Source: Eledone cirrhosa
Lineage: Eukaryota
DNA length: 64,000 nucleotides
Reading direction: 5' to 3'
Assembly (NCBI GenBank): GCA_964016885.1
Contig: OZ024743.1
Span: 213,342,001 to 213,406,000 of the forward strand
This document shows positions 1-15,128 of this stretch, in pieces. A program made the translations under genes and the position numbers. The stretch's first letter is position 1; every line of letters begins with the position of its first letter. The notes beneath the pieces are model-generated. The model was not told the origin of the DNA. It searched no databases and worked only from the letters and a program-made list of their open reading frames with translations.

Positions 1-250
1 AGATAGGTAGATGGATAGATTGGCAGATAGAGAGAGGTATATAGATTGGTAACTAGACAGGTGGATGTATAGATAAATAGATTGATTGGTTGATAGATAA
101 AGATAGATTGCAAACATACATAAACACCAGGATCCACATAATCATGAAGAAATACATAAAACCAAACACGTAAAGAAACATTCTATGAGACACTATTTTT
201 CTTTCTGTCTCGGTTTCGGTTTCTCTCGCTATCTATATTTAAATAATACG

Positions 251-380
<130 letters not shown>

Positions 381-409
381 GACCCGCCCCCCCACATATA
401 TATATAACA

Positions 410-575
410 AAGAAAGTGTGGTAAGGAACCAGGTGGACCATACCGCACCAGAGTAGTCGATACTTAGAGTAGTAGAGTGGGTAATAGGAAAATAGTCAGG
501 ACCCCGACGGCTGAGCTCCGGCCGTTTCGACAGCTAGATCCGAACTAACCCAACCGTCGGGACTCTTTTCCTATA
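410..575. mobile_element. Short repeat family A between CA/TA tracts; second copy at 56262-56450
   Basis: Both copies share gtaaggaaccag.tggaccata.cgcaccagagta...gtagtagagtgggtaataggaaaat...ccccgacggc.gag...gccgtttcgac. Confidence 0.7.
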
Positions 576-599
576 TACCTATATATATATATATTATAT

Positions 600-1288
<689 letters not shown>

Positions 1289-1309
1289 TACATATATATA
1301 TAGTTGTTA

Positions 1310-2528
1310 TATAGTAAGCTGTATTATTGGTTGTGCAAAACGGTCCAATAAATTTTTGTTAGCAATATTAAGTTCTCCACGCTTTAGTATATCTCCAATT
1401 CCATTCAAGGGAACAGCTAGATGATGTAAAATGGAGTATTAGTATCAAAATGAAAATCCGAAGGCAAGGTAAAATTTCCAATCATTTTAATCACGACACA
1501 TGTTTCAATAAGAGATAGATCGATCGTGAAGCCATGATCAATTATCACTGATCTCATCAGGTGAAAATGAATTGTCTTCAAATTCTTGATATGAGGGAGA
1601 AAATTAGCAAATCTCACTCACAGAATTCATTCTCTCATATGAAAATCAAGCAGTCTAAATGCGGCGACTGCTATCAACTTCAGTTAAGGTCATAAAACAA
1701 TCATGTTTCTACTCGGCCTGTTTCCACAGAGTTCTCACAGCTGAGTGCCTTTTAGAATACCTAGTTAGTAAATAGTTAGAATGATTAGACACTCAGAATA
1801 CCTAGTTAGTAAATAATTACACACTCAGGCAAGACCGATTACGCGCATTTACATTTACCTTTATCCCTAACCATTGAGTTCTCTCGGTTGGGATATAGCT
1901 AGACGTATTGCACACTCAGTTAAGACCGTTTACGCTCTCTATACATAACTCTACACACAGTACCCGTTTTCTTTAGAATTGAGTTCCCACAGTTACGATT
2001 GGTCACGTTCCTACCGATTGAACACTATTCTTGGTTTTGATCATCTAACCATTGAGTGCTCACAGTTACGGATTGAACAATAATACTTACACACCACTAA
2101 AGGGCCTACACACATCCTCTAGGCTTTGCTATCCTTTGTTATTTTACTTTACCTTTTGTGTTGGATAACACACCTCCACCACTTAAATACCTATCTTAAA
2201 AACCCAAGGGCCCATATGACGAAAAATCGCACTTACTGACACCTTAACCCAAATACCCAACCCTACACTGAGCCCCTTGCTGGCCTACATAGCGGTTGCT
2301 TGCACGCACAGATTTGGGGACTCGGATTCTCAATGGGACAGCGGTACATACTGAGTTCGATATGAGCTGATTGCTTGCTCTTCACATGGATGTGTATATA
2401 CCCAGACATACCCTTCTTTGGACGATACGGATGTGTATATACCATAACATACACTATTTGGAGATACGGATATTACAATTAAATCTATACACGTATAGCA
2501 GAACACTGAACTGAATTTACTTACTTGT

Positions 2529-2559
<31 letters not shown>

Positions 2560-3183
2560 GGGGGGCTATAGTTGACCCAATATTTCCAATTTGCATCGTC
2601 AAATTGAGATTTAACCAATGTAATATTGGTTGTTTTGTAAACTAACTTTTCGGTGAATGCTATGTTGGTATATTCTTATATTTATTGTTTTTTTCTTTGA
2701 CATCGCTTCGGTGTGTGTGTACCCACTCACACTAATTGTGACCGTCTATAGTTCTACAGATCTGATACTGTGTTGATGTGTGTATATATTTATATATATT
2801 TTTTCTTTGACTTCGAGTCGGTGTGTGTGGGTGTTAAGTGTGTGTGTACCCACTCACATTAACTGTGACCGACTGTATTTCTACAGATTTGATTAATGTC
2901 CAGCGTCTTTTGCAGCTATTGGGATATAGAAACATGATTGTTTTATGACCTTAACTGAAGTTGATAGCAGTCGCCGCATTTAGACTGCTTGATTTTCATA
3001 TGAGAGAATGAATTCTGTGAGTGAGATTTGCTAATTTTCTCCCTCATATCAAGAATTTGAAGACAATTCATTTTCACCTGATGAGATCAGTGATAATAGC
3101 TTCACTATCGATCTATCTCTTATTGAAATATGGCGTGATTAAAATGATTGGAAATTTTACCTTGCCTTCGGATTTTCATTTTG

Positions 3184-3187
<4 letters not shown>
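1310..3187 (-). mobile_element. Fold-back Penelope-like element with ~265-bp inverted arms (1442-1711 / 2927-3187)
   Basis: Arms are reverse complements; both carry a hammerhead core; flanked by (TA)n; the left arm has an extra tail. Confidence 0.8.
1491..1564 (-). ncRNA. Type I minimal hammerhead ribozyme (predicted)
   Basis: Minus strand reads UCAC-CUGAUGA-(stem II)-GAAAC-AUGU-GUC/GUGA: intact core, stem I UCAC/GUGA, palindromic loop III. Confidence 0.75.
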
Positions 3188-3225
<38 letters not shown>

Positions 3226-3417
3226 CTTCTACAGGACTAGAAGTGTTTCTTTCGTATGAAATAATTAGGAATATCTTGATGATTTCATAAAAATAAAACT
3301 GTTCTAGTGCTGTAGAAGTCATTTCCATATATATTAAAGCTACCTCTACTCAACCAATGTACTGAGTAACTTTTTAAACTGTGGTTACTCTCCGACACAA
3401 CACGGGAATGTACATAT

Positions 3418-3486
<69 letters not shown>

Positions 3487-3589
3487 ACACTCACATACAT
3501 ACACATGTATATATATATCCGGATATGTAGATAACGGTTGAAAGAAAAGAGTACTTAATACCAAAGTATATATATATATATATAGAGAG

Positions 3590-3710
3590 AGAGAGGTAGA
3601 ACATTGGAAGTAATATCCGTAGTGGTAGAGCACTCAGTCCATGAGACGTGTTAGGTAGAAGTGGTAACACAACAGTTCACCATACCGAGAACAATTGTTT
3701 CACCTTTGCA
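3590..3710 (-). mobile_element. Repeat family B fragment (other copies at 10838-10910 and 33374-33585)
   Basis: Shared ctcgtcccatggactgagtgctctac.act.cggatat motif and gttcaccataccg.gaacaattgtttc. Confidence 0.7.
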
Positions 3711-3869
3711 CCAAATAATTAATAATAATGGAATACTATAAATAATATGAAAGAAAATCGAGTAAAATACTCTCGATGACAATACATTGGACATTTTATT
3801 TATAGATATAACTAAATATATATCAAACATAAGAACCATAACATTTAGATGGAATAAGTATGATATATA

Positions 3870-4125
3870 TCCACAATGGCTGATTGAAAACGCACGTGTT
3901 TTTTTTTCTACATATTTTCCCGCTCCTTCTTACTCTCGATCTTTCTATTTCCCCTTTTATTTCTCATTGTTTTATTTCCTCTTTTATTTCTTATTCTGAT
4001 GAAAGATTAGTGTCCGAAACGTTATCCCTCTTTCCCTATTATTTCAAGCGTTAAAATAATATGTTTCTTCACTGTACTGTGTCGTTCGCTTTGTTAAATC
4101 TGTTTCTTTTTTACGCACATGATAT
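3870..4125 (+). mobile_element. Repeat family C, a ~230-bp solo pLTR-like unit with a hammerhead core
   Basis: CTGATGA-aagattagtgtcc-GAAAC-GTT at 3996-4023; homologous to 45170-45395, 60180-60410 and 61000-61215. Confidence 0.7.
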
Positions 4126-4443
4126 ATATCACATTGATCTGTATTCTAACTAAAAAAATAATTGCCGATAATTAAGGAAAAATGTATTAAGAAAATAATA
4201 AGAATTGAGCAACGGTCTTGCAGGAAAAGAAATATCTAGTAAACATCATTATTACTAATAATGCTGAACGTGACTATGATGATTTTGTTGACGACATCGC
4301 TGATATTAATAATGATGCTAATAATAATGATGATGACTCGTTAGGAGTTTTTACATTCTAATGCATAACAGAAACCAAACGAGTCTCTCTCTAAATCTCC
4401 CCCTCTTTCCCGCTCATTATCTATGTATGCACGGGTATAACAG

Positions 4444-4539
<96 letters not shown>

Positions 4540-4614
4540 ATACACGAGAACTCTATAAGAAACAAAAATGATAAAAATGAAAGAAAGATGTAATACCTAT
4601 GCGTATATGTGGGT

Positions 4615-4659
<45 letters not shown>

Positions 4660-4741
4660 AACATATATATAACTGTTGTACCAGTGCGTACAGATAATGA
4701 GAGGGAAAGAGAGGAAGAATTAGCGAGAGAGCGAGAGACTA

Positions 4742-4799
<58 letters not shown>

Positions 4800-4844
4800 A
4801 TTTGTGTCTGTGTGTGTGTGTTTGCATGTATTAGTGGATATAGG

Positions 4845-4918
4845 GGCCGTTTAGATCAATGGTTAAGAGAACTCGATCAGTATTTGAAAGGTACGGTGTT
4901 CGATACTTCGTAGCGGCT
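4845..4918 (+). pseudogene. Degenerate tRNA-like sequence (tRNA pseudogene or SINE head)
   Basis: Acceptor-like ggccgtt/agcggct pairing, A-box-like tagatcaatgg, B-box-like gttcgatac, ~74 nt. Confidence 0.45.
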
Positions 4919-5352
4919 GCTAGCCGCTTTCGCCGTCTATTTTTACCCGATTTTCTAACCTATTATCTATAGCAATCAACTGTGGTTACAGTCATTTCCT
5001 GCGCCTGAGATTTCTACCTTTTCTTAGCAACAAAAACTAAATTTAGTTTTAGTTGTTGCTTCCGTTTTCATCCCTCATTTTCAACTTGAATTATTTGGGA
5101 TTTCTAAAACGTTTTAGAAATTTTAACTCAGTCTCAAAAGTTTTATATATATATATATTTATTTCCCATTTCCTCTTTCCTTCTCTTTATATATTTGCCT
5201 ACATTTATTTTATAGTTCCTACTAGAGTTAAGAGAAAGTGCGGCAATGAAAGCAAAACGGACGACGTAAAACGGAAATAAAAAAGGAGAGAGAATAGAAA
5301 ACCTAACGCAAGGTGCTGGAAGTAGCAACTCCACCAGCAATGAAAGAATTAA

Positions 5353-5402
<50 letters not shown>

Positions 5403-6169
5403 AGGAAACTAATAAAGAATGAAGTTGAATTATGTAGACTAGACTATAGAAGTAGACTATGATTCATTAATATATGTAGACATTTTGTGAAAGAGCAGTT
5501 TTGTTTTAACTTTCGTTTCAATTAACGGAATCAATAGTAGCAACAACAGCAATAATAAATACACCCAGAGGAACAAAAACACAACATCAACAAGAAAAAC
5601 AATAACAGCATGAATGACGACGACATCAACGACAGTAGCAGCTAAGATAATAAGAAACCACCATCATACTAAACACAATCAGCGTCATTTTTCAAAAGAC
5701 AATAGGAAAAACACTGCATAAACTAACTAGGACAAAATCAATTTGTCTGAAGCTACAAGAGCTCCACCTATGTGAAATTGTGACAAGTAATCTAGTGCAG
5801 ATGAATAATTGAATAAAGGAATGTATTAATGATTGAACAGTATATGATAAAGGTGATGTTGTGGACTCCATTATATTACTCTAAAGATAGTTAAAGCTTT
5901 AGTTCGGTTAATCATATTCTTAATAATTACAAAAGATCTATAACACAGATCGTTAACTCCAGTTTTCCAGTGAAAGCCTGGTTAACTATTCTAGAAAATT
6001 AGATGTGCTACTGAGGCATGAATCATTAAGTGTTCTACCTTCATTAAACGAGAAAATCGATAAATTGGCCAGATTAGGATATAGGTAAATATATGGCATT
6101 TCGGCAGTTTAGACGACGAGTTTTCCAGTTGTTCGATAAACAGAACGGCCAGTTTATAAAACTAACTTG

Positions 6170-6400
6170 CATGTGGCTAAAGATTCTACAGGCATGCGTG
6201 CTCTTAACATAATTTTCAAAGTGGCTCAGCTAGATATTGTATGAAAAGGCTGGTTTTTTAAATTTCAGATGCAGTTCATCTGATGGGCTTCCAAACGGTT
6301 TCCATCTACTCAATTTCATTCACAAATCTTGTGGTAAATGACACCTGATTAAGATGCCGTACAAGATGGACGCAGCGAGGCTAGATGGTAAAAAATGTAT
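6170..6400. mobile_element. Degenerate interspersed repeat (related pieces near 50740-50900 and 54690-54850)
   Basis: gatgggcttccaaac.gtttc...cattcacaa is shared with 54800-54840. Confidence 0.45.
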
Positions 6401-6532
6401 TTTTCCTAATCAGGGCATATTAAACACAAACACACGCACATGCATAAGTACGTATCATCCTAATCATGAGAAAAACCGTTTATATAACGAATATGAAGAT
6501 TTTTATTTTATTGGTGCACAACTTTTGTGACA

Positions 6533-6624
<92 letters not shown>

Positions 6625-6628
<4 letters not shown>

Positions 6629-7077
6629 AAGACATATATTGAGTTAGAAACTCAATATAGTCTGTTACAATAAAATAGCTCTAGGAAAGAGATTTTTCCG
6701 AGCCGTATATCATAATTGAATATAAAAGAGATAAACACAGACATATACATATATGTGTTCAAATCGTAAGGGACCAGGTTCGCTAAGGTGAAAAAAATAC
6801 ATACTAACTATGGACAATAGGGTTTGCCAGACTCAATTTAAGAATAAATCAAGAAAATAAATACAAACCGGAATTATGGTAACTACCGGGTGATCAGTAG
6901 TTACCACGATTCCGGTTTGTATTTATTTTCTTGCTTTATTCTTAAATTGAGTCTGGCAAACCCTATTGTCCATAGTTAGTATGTATTTTTTTTCACCTTA
7001 GCGAACCTGTCCCTTACGATTTGAACACATATATGTATATGTCTGTGTTTATCTCTTTTATATTCAATTATGATATA
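6625..7077. mobile_element. Fold-back family D: near-perfect palindrome with ~180-bp arms (6706-6886 / 6897-7077) plus a left tail
   Basis: Reverse-complement arms around ggtaactac...gtagttacc; homologous to 45397-45665 and 46078-46455; (TA)n flanks. Confidence 0.85.
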
Positions 7078-7093
7078 TATATATATTTATATA

Positions 7094-7175
<82 letters not shown>

Positions 7176-7284
7176 GCGAGAATCGTATTTTTCGGCTATT
7201 GGAAATTAGCGAAAAACAACTTCCGAGTTGTGTGGCAAGCGCTCCATAGAAGCTAGTGAACTAGAGCAACAATATATATATACA

Positions 7285-7870
7285 TTTTGAGTATATGTTG
7301 GTTGTTTACCGACACCTCAATATGCGGATTGGAGCACTCGACGAAGTACCCAGGTTGGTTTGGTTACTCCGGAGTAATGTAAAATAAAATAATTAAGTCA
7401 AATATTTAAAATTTGGCTTCGTTTATTAAAGATGTACTGTTATATATATTTCAGTGACAGCCATCATTGGCTGTGACCTCTTCAGGCAGTCCGAATTGGT
7501 GTGGTAGAGACAGGTACACATGTTGTTTGAGAAAACATTGCTATAGACCTTTGACTGAGGAATGTTCTCAGAACTGACCAATGGGAGGAGAGAGTGTCCT
7601 ATGATGCTGAAATTCGTTTGTTCGAATCTATATGATTCCAGTTCCTCAAAGAAATAACAACCCAACCAGGAGCTGGACATATCGGAGTATTGACGGAGTA
7701 AAACACTTTAACAACATGTGTACCTGTCTCTACCACACCAATTCGGACTGCCTGAAGAGGTCACAGCCAATGATGGCTGTCACTGAAATATATATAACAG
7801 TACATCTTTAATAAACGGAGTACATCTTTAATAAACGAAGCCAAATTTTAAATATTTGACTTAATTATTT

Positions 7871-7877
<7 letters not shown>
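7285..7877. mobile_element. Fold-back element with ~150-bp arms (7380-7527 / 7710-7877) and a hammerhead in each arm
   Basis: Plus arm: ACUGC-CUGAAGA-ggucacagcc..ggcugucacu-GAAAU-AUAU-AUA/ACAGU at 7747-7801. Confidence 0.8.
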
Positions 7878-8241
<364 letters not shown>

Positions 8242-10664
8242 CATATATACATATATTGTATAGCTTATCCGTGTTAATCTTCATTCATTCGTGGATATGT
8301 AAACATTGGGGGTAATCTATATATTTTGATACCTTGTATAAGTGATACATTAAAAAACTGCCTGTTTCATAGGAAACTTTGCAAAATGCGCGTATTCTCC
8401 ATTATCAGAAGTTGTACGTCTATCTTTTCATACCTAAACAACTGTTTTGGATGCTAAATAGACTCGGATGTGGAGTCCCTGTAAGAACATTTTATATCTA
8501 CTTTAGAAGTAATCAAAATAATCAACATAATTGGCAGTCGTCGTTTCCAAGGCCGATGTTTATTGACATCGAAGCGAACTTGGCCTAAAGATGACTGGGT
8601 TTATTGTTTTCTTAATTCTATTTTTATATGATTAGCAGTATACCTTCTTGTACATTTAGTCATAACCTCACAACATCGAAGCATGCCTGGAGCTATCTCC
8701 CGCACTTGCCAATATGATGAAAACAATATTAGTTATTAACTAATGCTGCTCTTTCTCATCGCATACATTTACCGCCAACCGTTTTATCGTATTGTTCATT
8801 TAGTTAGTGATTCTCCGAACAACACTACAGAAAGAACGGCTAACTCTCTACTTCGCTGATGTAATCAGATAATATGGAAACATACCTGGAATCGTCACCC
8901 CATTTTGTTGATATGTTTAGAATAGTACCTCAGTATCTCTCATTCTTTTTTCCACATTGCATAATTATTTCCTGTTCGCCTTTTAATTCTCTCTGCATAA
9001 AATAATTTAAAACCAACGTACGTATTAACCCTCAAACAATTTTTTCAATACATACACAGTATTAGAAGCAGTGCATTTTGTTACATTCTCCAAGCCTTTA
9101 TAGACTCTGTCAGTTGCTATTTTTCATCTGTGTGTAAATACAAAAATATTGATGTTGTGTTGGATATTCGAAGTATGATTACATAAAATATCCCGTTTGT
9201 GTTAGAGTGAAAGCTTCAAAACTGGTCTATTATGTTGATTGTCGAGGAGAGTAAAAGTAATTTTGTATGTTTAGTATACTCAGAAATATATATGTCTATA
9301 CAGAAAACTTTCATCTATCCATTCCTCCACCCATCCATTCAGCTATTCATCCATCCATCTATTTATTCTTTACTTCATATGCAAAATCACAAACCTACAT
9401 ACATATATGAATATATGTAACGTTGACACATATAAGCGTGTGGGTTGTGTATTTGTTTATGAAGGCTCTTGTAAACGTTAGTCTGTGTCGTATCTAAAAT
9501 ATTACACATCATTTGGTGCACAAACTCAATATCTGTAATAGTATTAGATTCTGCTACAATAAAGTTACTAGTGAAAGAAATATAACACATATTTTCGTTT
9601 TCTTTTAGCTGGAGTTGAAGTTGAATGAGATAATGGCCAAATACTTCCTAATAATAGAGTGCCAGTAAATGTCAACTTCGTGATGCTAAATATTTGGACT
9701 TGTGATATCGACACGGTCTCTTACGATTGCAGTGTGGCGTTTACTGAATGACTTAATATACAATACTCTCTTTAAAATAAAGAGGAATTTTATTCATAGT
9801 TAGCATACATTTCAAACTTTGAGACTGTTTCTTCTAAAGAATGTTAAATTACTAAGAAGAAATGTCACAAGGTAAACAATCATTACTGTAATATACGGAA
9901 AGGTAAAGAACATTCTTGGCGTCGATTGATATTGTAGCAGAGTTATAACGGAACGGATTACCGGTCTAAATGTCGGCAGTTCGTATCTTGTTACTGACGT
10001 AGGTTTGTGCCCATGACAAAGGAGACGGAAGAGGGATTAGGCAATTAATATTCTGTTATCAGTCCATATTTTAGTTTTATCCCGCCCAGGAAGATTTGTG
10101 CAAGAAAAAAACATTAATGCAACAGGAGAAAAATTATAGGGCAATTTAAAATCAGACTAATATTTTCCGTTTATTTTGTCAAGACTCATCTAGTTCACTC
10201 CCTCTAACTTTGATACTGAGGAGACAGTGGTCAAGATACTTATTTCCTTCTGAAACAATGCATTGAAATCTAAGTATGTTTCACGTGTTGCCACAATCCA
10301 TCATTGTCAACAGCCTAATCTATGTAGATTAGGCTTATACATAGTATGTATAAGCCTAATCTATGTTTCATGTTATTGTAGTGCCGAGGTTAAGGTCCCT
10401 TCTTGTAAGAATGCATTGAAGATTTATTTAAAGTGTATTATTCATTAAAAATCAAGTAGATAAGTTGATAATCCGTCTCACTACAGCCGTCACTTATAAT
10501 CAAGCATGATTTGGTAACATGTACCATGCTTTTGCTAAGAGTTTCAGGTGCCAATGCAACCACTAGTAGATACAGCTGACACACTTTCGATCCAACCTCC
10601 CTTGATCCAGTGGTACATTTAGGATCTAACAGCTAGAAAGAGATAGGGCTGCATCAGCACTAGA

Positions 10665-10800
10665 CAGGTATTTTCTTTATCGACCCCGAAAGGATGAAGT
10701 GGATCTCACAAGGAATTGAACTCAGAACACAGAGACCTAGAATAAATGTTCAACTCTAACGACTCTAGAAATTCGACCGTATTAGATAATTCATTTAAAG
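10665..10800 (-). mobile_element. Degenerate tRNA-derived SINE
   Basis: Reverse complement of the core ttcatcctttcggggtcgataaa and of ctgagttcaattcc. Confidence 0.65.
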
Positions 10801-12689
10801 CGGCACACACACACTCACACACATGTTTATATATATAGACTTCTACCAAACTCGTCCCATGGACTGAGTGCTCTACTACTGCGGATATAACCCACCAGTG
10901 TTTTGCCACTATATATATATATATATTTCGAACTTGCTTTCAATAGAACTACCCGACGATTACGATATGTGCGTGGAAAATTCGTTTCGGAGGAAGTCCC
11001 AGCGCTCATAAGAAAGTGGGACCAATATAGAATTAGTTAGACTCACAGCAATCAAACGAATCTAAGAATTCCAACACCAACAGTTTAACTAAGAAGGAGT
11101 TGAAATTCTTACACTTCCATCATCTGGACCAAATTGGTTTCTAGTAAATTAGGACTGGCGAACCTTTAAACAGGTACTCCTAATGACAGTCAAAAATTCT
11201 CGTCATGTCTTTGTAGAAGCAAAGTCGTGCGCCTGTGTTTGGCAGTTACTCGACAAGAAATAGGCTATTCAAGGGAAGATGCTAAAAATACCAGGATCTT
11301 GCTCGGCCAATCAAAGCAACTCAACCTATTAAGTTATGGTATCGGGAGTGAATTACAATACGGAATTTAGATCGATATAATGCTAAAGGCACCCAAGCAA
11401 CGTAATTATTTCGATCTTCTTTCCTATAGAACTGCTCAACAACAACAATAGCACGTTATATCATTTTATTAAGGATGATTTATATTTCCTTATTAATTCT
11501 TTACGTTTTGTTTGGAACAACAGAGACCCTAACTCTATATTACTGTTTTAAGATATTCATAGTCTCATCTTTAGAATAAAAGTTAATGTTTGGAAAGAAC
11601 TATGGAGGGCGGGGGTCTAGTAAAATAATCTACACAGGAATTAGAAATTCAACGGTTAAAGCATGGCAATGTTTTCTTTATTGTTTTCGCATATTCTGTG
11701 CGTTAATGTTTAATTTGTACCCTGATAATAACAAAATAACCTGCACAGTGATTTTATATACAATAACAATATTATCAAGTAATATTTTTCTAACCTATTT
11801 TGTTGTTTTCTATATAGAGTCCCATATTTTATATATTAATATACATTTATTTTATTATAGAAATTATTCTAGAGACTTCAACTTAACAAAATTCTCGTTA
11901 CACAATGGTGAACATCATCTTCCATTCAGTATACATTTACATTACTATGCATAATATTGTACATATTTATTTCATTAAATGATATATATTTAACATATAC
12001 CTTATGATATATCAACTAAAAAATACTATTTCTCAGATTTAACGACGGAAATGCGAAACAAGTGTCTCAGTCACGACCATACATTTCATTTGACAATTGG
12101 ATATGATAGGGCACGAACTGTCCACTATTTAGCAGTTAATCTGTCACTCTATCAATACAGCAAATATGCTGCTTACAGTTTAGATAGTGAATAACAATAT
12201 AAGAAGAAAATAATAAAAATAATATATATATATAAAAAGAAATAGTTATTGAGAGAATTGAGGAAGCGGTGGAAGAGTGACCGAGCAAGTATTAGGCTCT
12301 GAAATAAATTGATATATTTCTCTCTGGATATCCTTTGTCTAAGCTGGAAAGAACAGATTTTATTTTTTTTACATTTGTTGATCTTCAATAAGCATTATTG
12401 ATCTGATGTTGACAGCTCAGAATGAAACTTCAGACTTTGTGGCATTTCATGAAATAGCATAGATAAAAACATTGACTTCTTTTGATCCACAGAGAAAAAA
12501 ATAGTCCTTTGTTTTTGTTTTGTTTGACTTGGCTGAAAGGATCAAATGTTGTAGTTGAGTGGATGCTGAAGTGATATAACGCTAGCGGTCGAATGATTGA
12601 CAGTGCGTATCACCTCTGTCTCAAAATTCTACGTGACTTAGTGTTGCTATGTGGAAATAGGTTAGTTACTACATTGTATTATACAATCC

Positions 12690-12830
12690 AAGGCGGCGAA
12701 TTGGTAGAATCGTTAGAACGTCGAATAGAATCGACTCTCTGCTCTCTGAGTTCAAATTCCACCGAGGTCAACTTTACTTTTCATCCATTCAAGGTCGATA
12801 AAATGTACCAGTCAAGTACTGGGCTCGATT
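12690..12830 (+). mobile_element. tRNA-derived SINE, older copy
   Basis: aaggcggcgaattggtagaatcg (A box), gagttcaaattcc (B box), core ttttcatccattcaaggtcgataaaatgtaccag. Confidence 0.8.
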
Positions 12831-13715
12831 CTTCCTCTATATCTTTTTCTCACCTCTTATCTCCCACTTTCTATCTTTCTCTATAAAAAATTTGCTGTAT
12901 TTAGACCTGTGAGGAGATGGGCTCCACCAGGTCTAAAAATGCCCAAGATGCGCCCTATACAATACGGCGCCCTTTACGACTCTCAAGAGTTACGGGGCCA
13001 TGCATGCGTGATACAACCCAGTGCTTTGTTAGGCCTCAGCACTGTGTTCAAGTTTATTTGTTCTCGATGGAACTTATTTATGTTGTTGTGCTTTCGTGAC
13101 AAATCGACAAATCAGTCCTGTAATTGTTTTGAATCATGGTGTATCTAGGATAAGATTATCATATATGTCCCTTCAATTTAAAGACGGTATTAGATTTGAA
13201 AAGGTTTTGGCTGCGATATCTAACCGGTTGAGTTACAACGCAGATATACCCTTTTCGCAAAAGTATTAACGAGACAAGTTAAGAGAACTGCTTCTAAGTG
13301 CGAATCGTAGCCATTTCGAGTTGATATACAAAGCAAGGAAATATACCGCCTGCTTTGCGGATCTCGCCTCAATTTCTTCTGTTTTTTTGTTGAGACAGAC
13401 AAATAAACAGACATGGAATTCTCATTACATTTGAACCTGCTATCTAATTTGTCCTTTTTTTTTCTTATTTACAAGTCAAATATGTGCCAAAACATTTTCC
13501 AACATGTGTTGTTGTTTAACTGTTTTTGTTTAGTTGTGCGTAGTTTATTTATTGTTTGGCGTCACGCTGTTGAAAAGGGAGGTAATTAGCCATGACGAAT
13601 TTATTGAGAATTCTGTTACTAAATAAAATATGCCGTTTTATCGCCTTTGCACATTTTACCAGATGTAAGCATATGGTTTTATAATATATATCTTGGCATA
13701 CAAATACACACATAT

Positions 13716-13754
<39 letters not shown>

Positions 13755-13769
13755 TGTACATATGAGAAA

Positions 13770-13960
13770 AGAAGGCAGGACCGTAGAGCGTCGTACAAAA
13801 GCCATTGCTGTATTTTAGTTATTTTCTGAGTTCAAATTACGTCAAAGTCGATGTTGTGTTTCATTGATCTGGGATCCAGAATATGACTAGTAGTGAAGTA
13901 GTGAGCTCAGGTAGGCTATTCACTGCCATGGGATCTGGTGCCTTGAGCCTAAGATAGATA
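13770..13960 (+). mobile_element. Highly degenerate SINE
   Basis: ctgagttcaaattac B-box region and a tail-like ggtgccttgagcctaagatag. Confidence 0.45.
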
Positions 13961-14224
13961 TCAACGTTTTCCTGTGAGTCTATACTATGTATTTATGTAA
14001 GCTTTTTCTTTGAGATTTATTCAGTTCTTTGCAGAATTGACAACTCACTAACAAGGTGACGATATTTATTGGTTGAGTCAAAGCAGTTTGAAGGTTTTGT
14101 AAATATGTGAGTCTGTCTAGGCATATATGTAAATGTTTGAACTTAGTATCATGTTATGAGTGGACATGTCTCTCTAGAAAATAGAAATGCAAGCGCACGC
14201 ATGTGCGTATAGGTGATCAGTTTT

Positions 14225-14258
<34 letters not shown>

Positions 14259-14792
14259 GTATTTCCGCATGGGTATATTCTCCCCGGAGAATATTTAGAG
14301 TGCTTTCCAAATACTCACTGCATCTTGTATTAACTAGATTTGAACCTAATACTGGTATTAGAATTAAATACATTATGCAGCCTGGGTCTCTGAATTTCGC
14401 ATTTGTATGTATATAAAGAAAGCCAGAATATATATAGTTCCTATTTAGTACCACTGCATTTATCTAATTTTCCAGTAACTTTAGTCGATGGAAGAAATCA
14501 ACACGCGGATAGAAGATATTGAATTATCTAAATTTGTGCAGAGTTAGATCGTATGTACAAAAGCACAAAAACTTCCTCTTATGTAATTTGTCAGCATCAT
14601 CTCATATGTCGATGTTAACAAGAGAGACATGGTAGTATTGGAAGTCCAACAATCTCTAACAAATGAACATGAACTGTATTACAATTGTAAATAATATTCT
14701 ACTAAGATATCTAATGACATGTTCACACGTAGAATCGTGCCTTATTCAATGTAGTGGCCTTCAATAATTAACACTGTAAACATATTTGAAAG

Positions 14793-14945
<153 letters not shown>

Positions 14946-15082
14946 ATGAGTGAATATAATGTGTATATAAATATATATACATATATAGATATATTATATT
15001 CACTCACGGGTTTATACATATATACATAGATATACATTTATACGTACATTACACACTCTCACACAGGTAACTATCTCGCTCT

Positions 15083-15128
<46 letters not shown>

